NCBI GenBank assembly: GCA_964016885.1
Contig: OZ024740.1
Location: forward strand, 220,286,001-220,350,000
DNA length: 64,000 nucleotides
Source of the DNA: Eledone cirrhosa
Lineage: Eukaryota
Reading direction: 5' to 3'
Shown: positions 47,700 through 61,289 of the stretch, in pieces
How positions within the stretch are numbered: position 1 is the stretch's first letter
How the letters are laid out: every line of letters starts with the position of its first letter
Notes under the pieces: generated by a model
The model's database searches: none
What the model saw: only the letters and a program-made list of their open reading frames with translations
What the model was told of the DNA's origin: nothing
Translations under genes and position numbers: made by a program

Positions 47700-48350
47700 T
47701 GTCATTTCCTTATTCATGTCGCCAGGGTTTGATTAGAAGCAGATTTGGGTGCTATTTTTAATATGATTGTAAAGGTTGCAGTGTTATTGCTAAAGATACC
47801 TTAATTGCTTCGTAGTTGTGGGGTGAAATGTTAAAAAAAAATGCTCCTTACTATGCAAATTGTAACGAAATAAATAGCAACACGTCTTGCAGCAGTCAGG
47901 TTTAACTGAATAACATACTAACAACAACTGATTTTTTCGTTAGATCCAAAATTGGCGGCAAACTAACGTTCCCACGTATCTCCCCTGCTGATGGCATATG
48001 TTGTTTTTTTTACTGCTTACCATACCTAACCCACCTTGTTTCTTTTGTTACAGTGTTCTACGAACTATTAAAACGTTCGTGGCATTAACATAATAATTAA
48101 AAAAAGTGCTTACCATCGCGCCTAAATCTTTTTGATCTTATATTGCTAAATATCTAATCATAATTCTATGAAAAAAGTTATTAGTTGAGTAATTTGTGTG
48201 TTAAAGATTTTTTGAAGTGTATGAAAAATAAAACGAATCTGTTAAATATCTCGTAAATTTTATACATGGAAAAAAATATTCATGGTTAAAAATATAAATA
48301 CTACAAACTTGTTTGTATTTCTCCTAATATTTTTCTCCGTTTCATCTTTA
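47700..48350 (-). promoter_or_regulatory. Candidate promoter/first-exon region
   Basis: Unique, CpG-retaining DNA. Minus-strand GCG ATG|GTAAGC at 48119-48108. E2F-like ttggcggcaaaa at about 47952. Confidence 0.3.
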
Positions 48351-48663
48351 CCGACAATTATTCGGTCCTACTGCGCGACACCTTCGGTATGTCTTCAACA
48401 GCCTCGAGCTGACAACAAGTGCTTTGTGAGTGGAATTTGGTAAACAGAAACTACAGAAGCCCAACGCATATATGTGTGTGGGTGTATGTGTGAGAATAAA
48501 TATATCGATGTTATATTGACACTTCGTTCCTACTCCTGAATTCAAATCCTGCCGAGGTCAACTTTGCCTTTCATCCTTACGGGGTCGGTAAAATAAAGCA
48601 CCAGTAATGCACTGGAATAATTGCTGGCCTTGTGCCAAAAATAGAAACAATTATTATTATTAT

Positions 48664-50423
48664 CTTCTTCGTTCACTTATTCTGGGAGGGTCGTGGGGAC
48701 AGAGTCCGCAAACACTCCTTCCAGGAAGATTCGGATTAATCGCGAAACTGCCAGAGGTGATGAAAGGAGCTGCACTGGCTCCGAACAGCATGCATCTATG
48801 TCAAGAGACGAGCGAACGGGGTGAGCTGAGAGAAAGAACGGTTGCAATGATGCGGGAGATCGTGGAGAGGGTAAAAGTGGAGAACCCATTAAGAGGAAGC
48901 AGGTACGTACCCAAATCGGAGAATGGGAGCGAATGGTGTGATGACAGTAGCATAGCGCTAGGGATCGCTCTGCACACCATAGAGATTCGTACTGATTCGG
49001 CCACTATACTCGGATGGGTGAGAGCAGTGCTTACCAATGAGAGGAAGCGGCAGAAACGCTAATAAAGCGTTGCCTAATAACTCTGGGAGAGCTGGTTACT
49101 GAGTTTGGCCTGAAGTTGGGTGTGGTCTTTTTACCCTCTAAGAAAAATAGAGCAGACATCCTAGCCAGGGTGAAGAAAGCCAGAGGATGCGGAAAGGGGG
49201 ATAGCTGCAGTGTATCGGAGTTGAAGAGGTTGCATACCATGCATCATATGGGAGTTGATAGGACCCTATTCCTAGCCAGAAAAGTCGACTTCGACGTTAC
49301 CAGACAGTGTCCAGAATGTGGTTGGGAGTTACGACAGATGTCATTCTATCGACCCCGCCCCGAGTGTGCACGAGACAAGTAACGTCCCATTGGAGCACAA
49401 CTGGGAGTGATTGGCAGTAGTTGTGACACACTACCGATAGGGTACGTATCTCTCGGTGGTCGATTACAGACTGGTACGGATGTCAAGATGGAAGGAGATG
49501 AAGACAGGAAATCACACGGACGCTGAAAGATATATTCTTGGAGCGGGGGCCTGTGGATAAGCTGTTGATGGATAACAGCACACTTTTTCGTTCGGGACTG
49601 CTGAAGGGGATGCTCGATGGGTGGAATGTGAGCCGCTTCTTCAGAGTGGTGTACAAGCTGAGTGTGAATGGAATCGTGGAGAGACACCATTGCACGATCA
49701 AAGTCATGGCTCAGGGGGTCACATTTCAACATTGGAGGTGGTATTATAGTACAACATATCACCTTGGATGGAGCAGGCCGAGGAGTCAATGCCCCATAGA
49801 GTGATATATAGATATGAATGGCGACATATGTGCATGTTATTACAACAACCAGTGGGGGGGGGGGAGAGAATATGTTCGCACAAGTGAACGAAGAAGTCTG
49901 GGTCAAGCCCCCAAATGCGCGTTTCACGTCTCAATGGTAAAGGGAACGGTAACGGCTACAAATTCCCAAAACAACATGTCTGTGAACGTCTTGTATGTTT
50001 GCAGAATCGTTGATTTGACGGGCTTCGGAGAAGAAGAGAACGAAAGCGTTCCCCAACTGTGCGGAGATCGCTACAGGAACGCCACTCACTCAAGTGGATT
50101 ACACTTTAATAAGGAGTGATATGATAGGGTGATTGATCCTTGAAATCGGGGGGGGGGGGGGGGTATGGTGCCGGAAATGTAGGATTGGCTCCTGCCGGGA
50201 GTGAGGGGTCAGTGCGTCACATCGAAAGTTTGCGGGGTCTTTCGGGCTCTCTTTGGTCAGAAAGCTGTACCGCATGGACATGCATGTTCATGACTGCTGT
50301 GAATGAGTGTGTGGGGCTTGCTAAATTATTCGGCGGGATGTAAAGCAGATGACAATCCGCGCTGGGAGATTAGCCCCGACTCGTGTGGAGACACAAAGGT
50401 AGATCCCTTCGCTTCCTACAACA
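48664..50423 (+). mobile_element. Decayed Gypsy-like LTR retrotransposon (RNase H and integrase relics, PPT, 3' LTR)
   Basis: IRTDSATILGW (RNase H-like), LH..HHMGVDRTL (integrase Zn-binding), LLMDNSTLFRS and NGIVERHH.TIK (rve core). G-run PPT at about 50148-50163, then a putative LTR 50164-50423 ending in ACAACA. Confidence 0.8.
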
Positions 50424-50659
50424 CCAGCTAAAGGAGGGAGTATTAGACTGAGAAAGGAACGAAGAGAGCGAAAGAAAACGAAAAAGGCGAAAAGAGAGAA
50501 AGGGTATAATATGCTTCGCAGTATTTGCTCCTGCTCTTTACGTCCCGTGTGAAACCCTTGCCGAGGTCAATAAAATAAAATAACAATAAAATATTTTGGA
50601 CAATATAATAAACTGTTCCCCTTTTCTTCAATATTTCCGATCTCTATGTTAGAAAAGCA

Positions 50660-50830
50660 GTAAAAAGAGGGTCGGACATCATGCTTTGATGCATAGAGTT
50701 ACGGCCCTTGCCATTCTAAGTTCAAATCCCGCCGAGGTTAACTTTGCCTTTCATCCTTACGGGGTCGATAAAATAAAGTACCAGTAATGCAGAGTAATTG
50801 CTGGCCTTGTGCCAAAAGTAGAAACAATTA
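50660..50830 (+). mobile_element. Family-A SINE (further copies or fragments near 800-1000, 17700, 18460, 20410, 25205, 36700, 45730, 48530, 58845)
   Basis: Shared core ctttgcctttcatcctt..ggggtcgataaaat. Confidence 0.85.
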
Positions 50831-51899
50831 ATTATTATCATTATCATCGTCAGAATATTTTATTAGTCCTTTAATTCATTGGTAAGAACTAGTTGTGAGT
50901 CAAATTGACTTATTATTTTCTGTTTTATTTTAGTTTGGTTTACTTTTTCAATAAGTTCCAATTCTTTTCTTATACCTGGTTGTGCAAATAACACAAAAGA
51001 AGCCTTAAACGGAACTCCCAATGTATTTTAATAAGACTTGCCGTAAATCTGGACAATAAACCTTTGTTCGTTTATTTTATTTTATTTTTATAAGGATAAC
51101 CTTAATGTGCAAAGGCCATTCAGTATATTTACTGTCTTTCTTTTTATTCCGTCCTCTTCTACATTTTCCTTTCCTCTTTTTTTATCTTTATTTTTTATTA
51201 CGCTCTTTTTTTTTCTCTCCTTTCTTACGACTTGCTTCTATTTTTTCTACGTTTCTCGGGTTTTCATTTCTTAATAAATATGTCCATTCATTCAATCTAC
51301 TAAATTAATTGGCAAAAGCATAATCGCCAAACCTTCCTATTTCGGATCCCTCAAAATAAGATTATGTAATTTACGGTACTAGTAGAGAGAGGCTGGCTTA
51401 ATAAATTCTCTATCTCTCACATATATAATCTGTCTTATATACAAATAATGTTATTTTTTCTATCAGTTTATTTGGCACCATGCCTTATATTTCACTGTCT
51501 GAATATTTTCTCTTCGTTTTTTGTTGTTTTGTTGTTGTTTTTTCTCGGTGATATATTTCAAATGAATAGATTATCACAAGACGAAACGTAACGTAAAAAT
51601 ATACCGATAAGAACTTTCTCTTATAATCTCTCTCTCTCTCCCTCTCTCTCTCTCCATTTGATAATACCCTAAATAAACTACACCACTCTAAACAATTCAT
51701 TATCATTTTTCTAACTGGATTTTGTAGAATGTTTATATGAATAAGGGTAGCTCCATAGTGAACTGTCAGATTGGCAGACCAAGCTTAGAATATATTGTTT
51801 GTTTAGTATCTTGTTTATTTTTCAACTGTTTTTGCAGAACAACCACGCATTTATTTTTCTTATTGCGCACTCTTATTCGTCTTACGCTTATTTTGACTA

Positions 51900-52373
51900 C
51901 GCTCTAAGTCAGTTTTTGTAGGAATATAATCTTAATCTCTTCTGTATATTACGTGGCTGCTCGACATGCAAAAATAATAGTCGACTTAAATGGCGAACAC
52001 TAAACCCCAAGATTGACGTCCGTTGAATAGTAAATATGGAAGGCTATCAGAGTATTTGAAATAATAAATAATTTTATTGGGGAAATAAAAAAAAAAAAAG
52101 AAGCAACTAACCATGTCATTCTTTAAACACTTCCATTGCTGTTAATCACTAGAACAACCATTAAAACTGTCAAATGCTGTCAATGACAGCGATGGGCAAA
52201 AATACTTAAGAGGACAGAGACTAGCGGCCAGTGGTTGACTGAGAGACAATCCACAAGGTGGTTGACAGGCAGATAAAATCTAGAAAAGATTGAAAGAGGA
52301 GGAGGACAAGGAAAAGTGCGCTGGCACACAGAAGCGATCGGGAGAAGGAAATAAAAGCGAAGTAAAAGAGAAG

Positions 52374-52436
<63 letters not shown>

Positions 52437-53300
52437 CTTCACCCTCATCAGCTCTCAAACCAGCAAAATGGTTTCGCACAATTTAATTGAGAGTACCATT
52501 TTAAAATGCTGAAACGTGCAACAGAAAAATAAATCTTTCTGCTGGTATGATGTCTGTGTGATAAAACAAACAGCACAGATAGAAGGACGAAGGAAGGCAA
52601 AAAAAAGAAAAGAACAGGATAGTAGACCTCAAGCTGTGGTGCCTGTCCTAAATAGAAAGCTAATCATAGCTATGATAAAGTTAAATGAATAAGCATTGTT
52701 GTCTCTGATTGAGGCGAAGCAAGAGTGTATTTGAATTCATATAAAAAGGAGAAAACTCATCGCTAGAACAGCCATTAAAACAGTCAAATGCTGTCAATGA
52801 CAGCGATGGACAAAAATACCTCAGAAGATAGAGACTATTTAATGAATAAACACACATATATATATATATTATTTTCTCCTAACCTTTATAATTAATTGAT
52901 TAATTGATTGTTTATTGTTTGTTTCAAAACCTAGTTGAGAGCTAACTTTGAGACTGTGAATAAATTCCTTTGTTCACACTTTTGCATGTACCTGCCAAAA
53001 CCGGATGTGACCTTCCTCTTTTTTTTTTGAGAAAGAACATGTGACCTCACACACAAATTTACTTCGTAAGGCAATGTTGTCTCTTAAGCTATGGAAAGTG
53101 GATACTGGAACGAAAGACCTGTTGACGAAGAGAAATGCTCGTTCCATCCATCTTAGGATACATTACTGACTTGCATATACATTACGCAACCTGGAGTGTA
53201 GCCTCCGAATTCCCAGAAACTTATCGAAGATATTCATCGATTAATATCTAATATCTATTGATCAGGTCCATGTTCATCTTTAACCTGTTTGTATTTTCGT
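51900..53300. promoter_or_regulatory. Candidate promoter/enhancer region
   Basis: CpG-retaining unique DNA with YY1-like aaatggcg (about 51988), CRE-site-like tgacgtc (about 52014), ETS-like accggatgt (about 53000) and clustered TGACAG/CTGTCA motifs. Confidence 0.3.
52149..52837. repeat. Pair of 75-bp direct repeats (52149-52223 and 52763-52837)
   Basis: About 7 mismatches; core ctgtcaatgacagcgatgg is conserved. Confidence 0.9.
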
Positions 53301-53694
53301 TGTTATCATCGTCATCATCACCGTATTACACCGTATTGAGAACAATACCTTAACATCAGTATGAATAGCAAGTTACGGCTGATTTGAACAGAAAGAGGTG
53401 AGAGAATTCTGGCCGGATACAGCCGGTTTAAATGCTAAAAGGTTAAAACACTGGTTAATATGTTAATTCCAAGCAGAGATCATAGACAAACATTACTATG
53501 ATATCTATGATTCTATGACTTATGCTCAACTGTTTTAGCAATAATTATTTCAACTTCATTTTTTCCTTCTATATTTAAATGCAACCACAAGCAAAGTTGC
53601 CAACAGTATTTATAAAAAGCAACATGCAACTTATGTATGGGTGAAAAATTGAAGCCCAAATATTATAAAGGCTGCAGCAATGACCTTTCTGCAC

Positions 53695-54175
53695 TCAGAA
53701 ATGCACCTAGTCCACTATGCAAGTGGTATTGTTGGTGCCACAATAAAATGCACCCAGTACATCTGTAAAGTCGTATTGCTGATACCACAGTAAAATACAT
53801 GCACTACACTCTGTAAAGTGGTATTGCTAATACCACAATAAAATGCACCTGGTAATAAATTCTGAAAAGTGGTAGTGCTGGTGCCATTAGAAATGTACCT
53901 AGTACAGTCTGTAAAGTAGTATTGCTGATGCCATGATAAAATGCAATCAATACACACTGTAAAATGTTAGTGCTGGTGTCACAATAAAATACACCCAGTA
54001 CACTCTGTAAAGTTGTTGACATGAAGCTGAACATCAAGCTGTGAAAACCATGTGAAAAATGGAATGTTTGAGCAAGATATGATTCCCTCCAACATGTGAA
54101 GTCTCAAACTGTGACAATCCATCCAACCCACTTAACCATGGAAAGCAGATGTAAAATGATGATGATGGTAATGAT
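53695..54175 (+). repeat. ~46-bp tandem array followed by an RTE-type 3' tail (similar arrays at 535-800 and 58020-58370)
   Basis: Units aaaatgcacccagtac..tctgtaaagtggta.tgct.gtgcca, then ccatggaaagcagatgtaaaatgatgatg. Confidence 0.8.
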
Positions 54176-54694
54176 GAGGGCAATGAGGATGAGGAGGGGT
54201 GTGTGGAGGGGAGGATGGGATTGGTTATGAGATGTGTATGAGAGGAGAGGAGGAGGAGGAGGAGGAATGTATCTAGGAAGAAAATATGCTTCTTTTTTTT
54301 TTTTGTAAGACAGTTGGGTGTAATAAGAGAGAGATTTAGCTGTTGTTTCTAACAGGTTGAGCAACAACAAAGAGTCTCCCACTTTGGTTCAGCTTGATAA
54401 GGTGTTTATCTTTTATCAGTAATATTTGGTGTATTAATAGAACAGATGTTACATTGGGTGTAACAGAGGACCTTTCACACCTTTATTAATAGAGAATGCT
54501 GTTTCTGATTATATTTATGACAGTACCTGAGTTTGTTTATCTTAGATATCTTTCCAGAATTTTGCTTTTTCTCTGGCCTGGGCAGGTGTTTGTTGTAATG
54601 TGAATGCTATTTTTTATGCATGTGTGTGTGCACACATATAATATTAACTTTATCTCTGTATGTGCACCTGTATACAGAGAGGGAGAGAAAAAAG

Positions 54695-54735
<41 letters not shown>

Positions 54736-55154
54736 GGGTGTCCCACACTTCAACAGCATTCTAATGAATATTGCCTGTACAGGTAATCAAAGTGTGTATA
54801 CATTTTGGGGGACACCCTGTATATATCTCTTTCTCAACAAGGAAGGTGAAAAAAACTTGCCTCAACACTTAATTTTAAATCTTTAATTTTTAGTTTTTAA
54901 TTCTTATTAATTCTTTTTTATTGCAATACTCAACATTTGATAAGATAAATTTTACTAATACATCAAAACTAGTTATGCTTTATATACATTATAAAACTCT
55001 TTTTTTAAAGAATTGTCCCTCTCATTTTTTCAATAATGTCACTTTAACGAATCAAAGAAAGGAAAAAAAAGAAAAACATACCCTTAAATGTATTTTCCAT
55101 GCTATTTCCAATTTCACCTTTTCTCTATATATATGTATATATATGTATATATAT

Positions 55155-55476
55155 GGAGGCACATGGCTTAGTGGTTAGAGCATTGGCCTTGCAATCAAAA
55201 GGTTGTAAGTTCAATTCTCAGACCGGGTGATGTGTTGTTTCCTTGAGCAAGACACTTTATTTCACATTGCTCCAGTTTACTCAGCTGTGGAAATGAGGTG
55301 ATAGGACTGGCGTCCCTATTATTCCACTGCAAAGTGGGCGTGTAGGCGCCAAGGAAAAAAAGCACCCAGCACTGTAAAATGAGGTTGGTGTAAGGAAGGG
55401 CATCCAGCTGTAGAAATCAAGCCAGAATCAGTTCCCATCCCACCCTTGCAAGCAGGGAAAAGTGGACGTAAAATGA
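55155..55476 (+). mobile_element. tRNA-derived CORE-SINE with RTE-type 3' tail (full length)
   Basis: A box TGGCTTAGTGG and B-box-like AGTTCAATTCT. CORE-like ccttgagcaagacacttt...cagtttactcagctgtggaaatg. Tail ggaagggcatcc...cccttgcaagcagggaaaagtggacgtaaaatga. Confidence 0.88.
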
Positions 55477-55494
55477 AAAAAAAATGAAAAATCA

Positions 55495-56585
55495 TCATGA
55501 CCGTCGCTTTTACATGCGCTTTCCATGCTTGCATAGGTTGGACAGGTCCTTCCCAGCATAGCATCTCTCCACTTACCACATTTCTTCATCAGCTCCTCTG
55601 TGAGTCTCAGTGATTTGGCATTTCCTGGCACTTCTTCACCCACCCATCAGTCATCATCCATGCACATCACATGTCCATACCAACACAGTCTTCTCTCTTG
55701 CGCACTACCTCGGATTCCTCTTAAACCCAGTTTCTCTCTCAGTTTAACCAAGTTCTGCCATTCTCATTGCACATCCAATGAAACATAGCTGCTTCATTTC
55801 TCTCCAGTCTACGCATGTCTTCTGCAGTCACTGCCCATGTTTCCCTACCATGCAGCATCACACTCTGCACACAGGCATCATAGAGGTGGCCTTTTGTTGT
55901 CAGCAGTGGAAGCAGTCCTGTAAACTTCTTCCATCCTATCCTTATTCTAGCTATTATGTTCTCAGAGCACCTTCCTCCACTGATAATTAGGTCACCTAGA
56001 TAGCAGAACCTATCAACAACCTCTATGGACCCTTCCTGTGACTTAAAGAGGTTTATATCATTGACACTCTTTCCCTCAATTACTTCTGTGCATCGTCTAC
56101 ATACAGAGGACTGGAGGACTATGATGAACAGCAGTGGACTAAGAACTGAACCTTGAAGAACTCCTACCTGTACCTTGAATTCCTCACTAAACTCATTTCT
56201 TACTCTCACTTTACTAACAGCCCCTCTGTATATGGCTTGCACTACTCTCACAAGCCATTCTTTTTACACCTAATGTCCTTAAGGGCCACCAGATAATAGA
56301 TCGAAGTACTCTGTCAAAGGCCTTTTCTAGATCAACAAAAGCTAAATATAATGGTTTATTCTTGGCTAGGAACTTCTCCTGTAGTTGCCTCACTAAGGAG
56401 AGGGCATCTGTAATACTTTTCTCAGGCCCGAAACCAAACTGCATCTTGTCAATTTGACTATTTCCCTAATTAGCTGCACTATAACTCTTTCCATCAATTT
56501 CATAATTTCATCCATTAGTTTTATTCCTCTATAGTTGCTCCTTTCTAGAGCATCACTTTTGCCCTTGTAGCAATTTATAATTGTA
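55495..56585 (-). pseudogene. Decayed, internally deleted RTE copy (short 3' UTR type)
   Basis: Frameshifted ORFs contain NYRGIKL, QFGF, FVDLEKAFDRV, QGSVLSPLLF, FCYLGD and MLHGRETW. The terminal motif directly follows the ORF end. Confidence 0.92.
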
Positions 56586-57833
56586 AAGCATAATACAGTG
56601 GATGACATGACTGGCCCTTTGAATTACAGGAACAGTTCATTTAGTGGGCTTCCAAAAAGTTCCTTTTAACCTAGTTTCATTCACACAGCATGGGTCGACC
56701 TCAGGCTATGGCAAATAACACTTGCCCAAAATGCCACACGGTGGTATCAAACCTGGGACATAATGACTGTGATGTGAACTTCTTAACACTTCACCCATGC
56801 CTGTATACACAAAGAGTAATATCATATGTTATATCACAAAGTTTCTGAAAAATGTTGAAACCTGTTTAGAATCTGAAATAGTTTAACTCTTAACATCCTT
56901 TATCATATGAAAGTGCATTAACAAGCCACTTTTTAAAATATACAAAACAGCACTATGACTGCATTACATGAAACATTAAAACCATTATCCTAATACTACA
57001 AATTTTCACAATGGTCAGAACACTAATAAAGATACTCTACACATTTGAATTAACAAACCTGTTTTTAGTTATTTTCTGTCAAATCTTTACACAGTGTTAA
57101 AAGTTAATGAAAGGACCTACACAACCAGGTGACTTTGTTTAGCTATGCCAAAAATAATAGGGAAATATTTCTTTTCTGGGTGTGAATCACCTGACAACAG
57201 CAGTAATTGTCAGGTGTGTTAGCAAGTTTTGAAAATACAAATTAAATACTTGACTAAGAAAAGGCATTTAAAAAAATCACAAAAATACTGCATGAATTCA
57301 AACAGAAAGAGTCAGTTTGAGTTACTTAAGTATAATGAAGAGAAATTATAAAATAAGCACATACACATGATTATAGTGTGAGTGTGTATGTGTATATACA
57401 TAACTTATATATGTGTATTCATGGTGGCTGCCAACTCGTTTTCAAGTACGGCCACTACTTTATATCCATGTAGGAGAACTCCTACTGATGCGCTGAACGA
57501 GTGTGATTTTTTAGTCCAGCCAACGACTTGAAAACTCTGGTACAAACACTACACTTGTGACGATTATTGACACATAGTGCTGGGCCCATGGTACCATGTG
57601 ACGACAAGTGCAGAGAGATCTCCAGATATAAAGCAATACCTGTGCCAAGAAGCTTTTATGTATGTATGTATATATATATATATGCATATGTATGTATGTA
57701 TGCATGTATGTATACATGTATATAATTTATGTATATAATATATGTATATATATATATGATGTACGAATAAATTATATACATGTATTCATACATGCATACA
57801 TACATACACACATGTATATATATACATATAGAT

Positions 57834-57883
<50 letters not shown>

Positions 57884-58985
57884 GTATGTATGAATATATA
57901 TATATATGCATGTATGTATACATGTATATAATTTATGTGTACATAATATATTTATATATATATGTGTGTGTGTATATATTCCTTTATTCTTTTACTATAT
58001 GTATAAATATAATATATATCATCATCATCATTGTTTAACATCTATTTTTCCACACTTGCATGAGTTAGACGGATTGTCACATCATGTGGATCTGCATTTT
58101 CGCTTGGTTCCTACAACTGGATGTCCTCCCTAACATCAACACTGTTACAGTGTGAACTTGGTGGTTCTTATCATGGCAACAAAATGACCTCTTACAGGGT
58201 GAACTGGCTGCATTTTGTCATGTCACCAACATGACCTCTTACAGGGGTGAACTGGGCACTTTTTGTTGTGTCACCAACATGACCACCTTACAGGATGGAC
58301 TGGATGTTTTTGTTGTTGCGGCACTGGAGCAGCATACAGGGTGGACTTTGTGCTTTTTGTCATGGAAACAGCATTGTCGGCGATCAGATGTAGAGAATGT
58401 TCAGCTTTCGTGAGTTGGGTAGGCAAGGTGTATCATAGCTTGAGGGGCAGGTAAGCAAGTTCGACATCAATATGTATGTATAGTTATATCATCATTATCA
58501 TCACTGTTTAACATCTATTTTCCATCCATGCTTGCATGTATTTGCTTTGTAATGAAAAGCTGCCACAATTTATATATTAGTATGTAAAATAGCCAAACAT
58601 CTTGGGTAAATTACTCTTACAGATAGAACAAGGTGGACAGAGACACCTGAAGGAATTTGGCAGCTAAGTGAACTGGAGCAACATGAAATAAAGTGTCTTG
58701 CTCAAGGACATAATGCACTGCTTAGCCTGGGAATGAAACTCAACCCCTTGTGATTATGAGCTGAATGCTCAACCACTAAACCAAGTGCCTACTCTATTAA
58801 TAGATAATATATCAAACTTCTATTAATATTGATCTCGACAAAAGTGGAGGATTAGCAAAATTGGTGAAGCATCAAATAAAGAAACCATTGAGGTATTCGT
58901 TCTTGCTCTTTACATTCTGAGTTCAAATCCTGTCGAGATGAATTTTGCCTTTCATTCTTTTAGGATCGATAGTACATAGTATCAG

Positions 58986-59175
58986 CAGACCTGTCAACTC
59001 TCCCCATCTAACAGTGGGTGAGAGATGTCTTGGAGTGGGTGAGAGATGTCTTCTCTTGTGAAAATGGGTATAGCTTTCATTATGTAAATCTCACCATTTT
59101 GCCTCATTTCTGTCCGTTTTGGGGTACTTTTTTTCATGGTACTTCCCATTTGGATTTTAGAGGTTGGCAGGTCTG
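58986..59175. mobile_element. MITE with CAGACCTG(T/C)CAAC TIRs nested in a SINE (inverse copy at 7519-7711)
   Basis: Terminal inverted repeats and two highly similar copies in the window. TSD is not clean, so the superfamily (hAT-like) is tentative. Confidence 0.72.
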
Positions 59176-60319
59176 CAATAGTATATGGTATCAGTCAAGT
59201 GTTACTTTAATCAACTTTGCTCTTCTCCCAAAAATATTTGCTGGCCTTGTGCCTAAATTAGAAATCAATACTGCTTTCGGCATCAGAATTGATGTTTCAC
59301 ATTCTTACCACAATTATCACAAATCTTTTCCATGCCACATCATCTTTCATACAAGATTGAGTGGGAAGGAACTGGAAGAGGAATAAGTTGCTCATCTTAG
59401 CAAAGTACTGCCGTCTAGGAGTAGGAAGATGGAAGAGCTTAGCTAAGATAGGTAACTCCTGATAAACAACATTCAATTTAGGCAAATATGCATTTGAACA
59501 GAACAGTTACCAGAGGCATGGCAAAGGGTCGGGTGGGGGGTAGTCATCACTGGATACAGGTAAAAAGGAGCACAACATTTCCTTTGATTTATCATGCCTG
59601 TTAATTAAAGTGGGGACACTAATTATGTCTTTGCTGCTGGGACACTGTAGGCCTTTGTTACATCACTGCCAGTGGCACTTTAACAGATTAATTGCACACA
59701 TACACAAATACACTCACACACACACACCTACATACACACACATACACACGCCTACATACACACACACACATACACATACACACACATACACATATACACA
59801 CATATACACACATACATGCACACAAAACAAAACGCACACACAAAACGCACAAACGCACTCAAACAAACACACACAAACACACACACATACACACACACAC
59901 ATGCACAAACACACTCACACACAAATACACACAAACACACTCACATACACAAACACACACACACAAACACACTCAAATACACATACATACACAAATACAC
60001 ACAAATACATATACATACAGACACTCACACAAACAAACTCACATACATGCACACACATACACACACATATAGATGCACACAAACTCACACTCACACACAA
60101 ACACCCTCAAACACACTCACACACAAACAACCGCAAACACGCATACACATTCACACACTAACACACCCTCAAACATACAAACGCACACATGCACATATGC
60201 GTATGTACACACACATACATTGACTCCAATGTACTCTAAAAGTACATGTGAACTCAGTTTCATTTCTTTAACAAGAATCTATTTACAGCCTCTTCTGCAG
60301 GTGTAATGGTTTCATATGG

Positions 60320-60852
60320 GTGCAGTGTGTTGTGTGTGGTGTGTAGTGTGTCTAGAGTGTGTAGTATGTTGTGTGTAGTGTGTAGTATAGTGTGGTGTGT
60401 GTAGTGTGGTGTGTGTAGTGTTGTGTGTAGTGTGCAGTGTTTTGTGTGGTGTGGTGTTGTGTGTGGTGTGGTGTGTTGTGTGTAGTATGTTGTGTGTAGT
60501 GTGTAGTATAGTGTGGTGTGTGTTGTGTAGTGTGGTGTGTGTAGTGTTGTGTGTAGTGTGTGGTGTTGTGTGTGGTGTGGTGTGTAGTGTGTAGTGTTGT
60601 GTGTAGTGTGTTGTGTGTAGTGTGTAGTGTAGTGTGTAGTGTGCAATGTTGTGTGTAGTGTGTAGAGTGTGTAGAGTGTGTAGGGTGTGTAGAGTGTGTA
60701 GGGTGTGTAGAGTGTGTAGTGTGTAGTGTGTAGTGTGTAGTGTGTAGTGTGTAGAGTGTGTAGAGTGTGTAGTGTGTAGTGTGTAGAGTGTGTAGAGTGT
60801 GTAGTGTGTAGTGTGTAGTGTGTAGAGTGTGTAGAGTGTGTAGTGTGTGTAG
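60320..60852. repeat. (GTGTGTA)/(GTGTGTAGA)n satellite
   Basis: Read directly. Confidence 0.9.
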
Positions 60853-61150
60853 TCAGGAGACTGTGTCTTGCTCACACAGAACTGTTTCTGGCTTGGTTTC
60901 TATGGTTGGATGCCCTTCCTAATGCCAATCGTATTTACAGTGTGGGATGGGCACTTTTTGTTATGACACCAAAATGACTACTTTACAGTGTAGGCTAGGG
61001 ACTTGGATGGGGATTGGGGAGGTAGATCTAGGGACGTGGGTGTAGGGTGGGGGTTTTAGGGTGTAGGTGGGGTGTTTGGATGTGAGAGGTGAGGGTGTTA
61101 CATACTATATGTATGATTCAGCCCATGCACAGGGGGAGGCAGTTCTTCTG
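60852..61150 (-). mobile_element. Fragment of the long-3'-UTR RTE (related piece at 62220-62345)
   Basis: tgtcttgctc, ggatgcccttcct, tttacagtgtgg and a G-rich tract occur in the same order as in 13177-13500. Confidence 0.7.
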
Positions 61151-61289
61151 TATTATTGCATAACAGAAGAGATCTCTGTCCTGTGTCATCGCCTTTGAGA
61201 GATACAATTGTGCAAGGTCAGCGTTTATCACCTCATTCCAAACCAAATCTTCCTAGGTCTTCCCACTCCATAGCTTCCATCAACTTTGA

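Noticed and set aside
55155-55230. tRNA gene
   Set aside because: A and B boxes continue into CORE and LINE tail sequence and recur as dispersed copies; these are SINE heads.
59610-60875. His/Thr-rich and Cys/Val-rich ORFs (also 28602-29007, 33631-34431, 46294-46810)
   Set aside because: Translations of dinucleotide and trinucleotide microsatellites.
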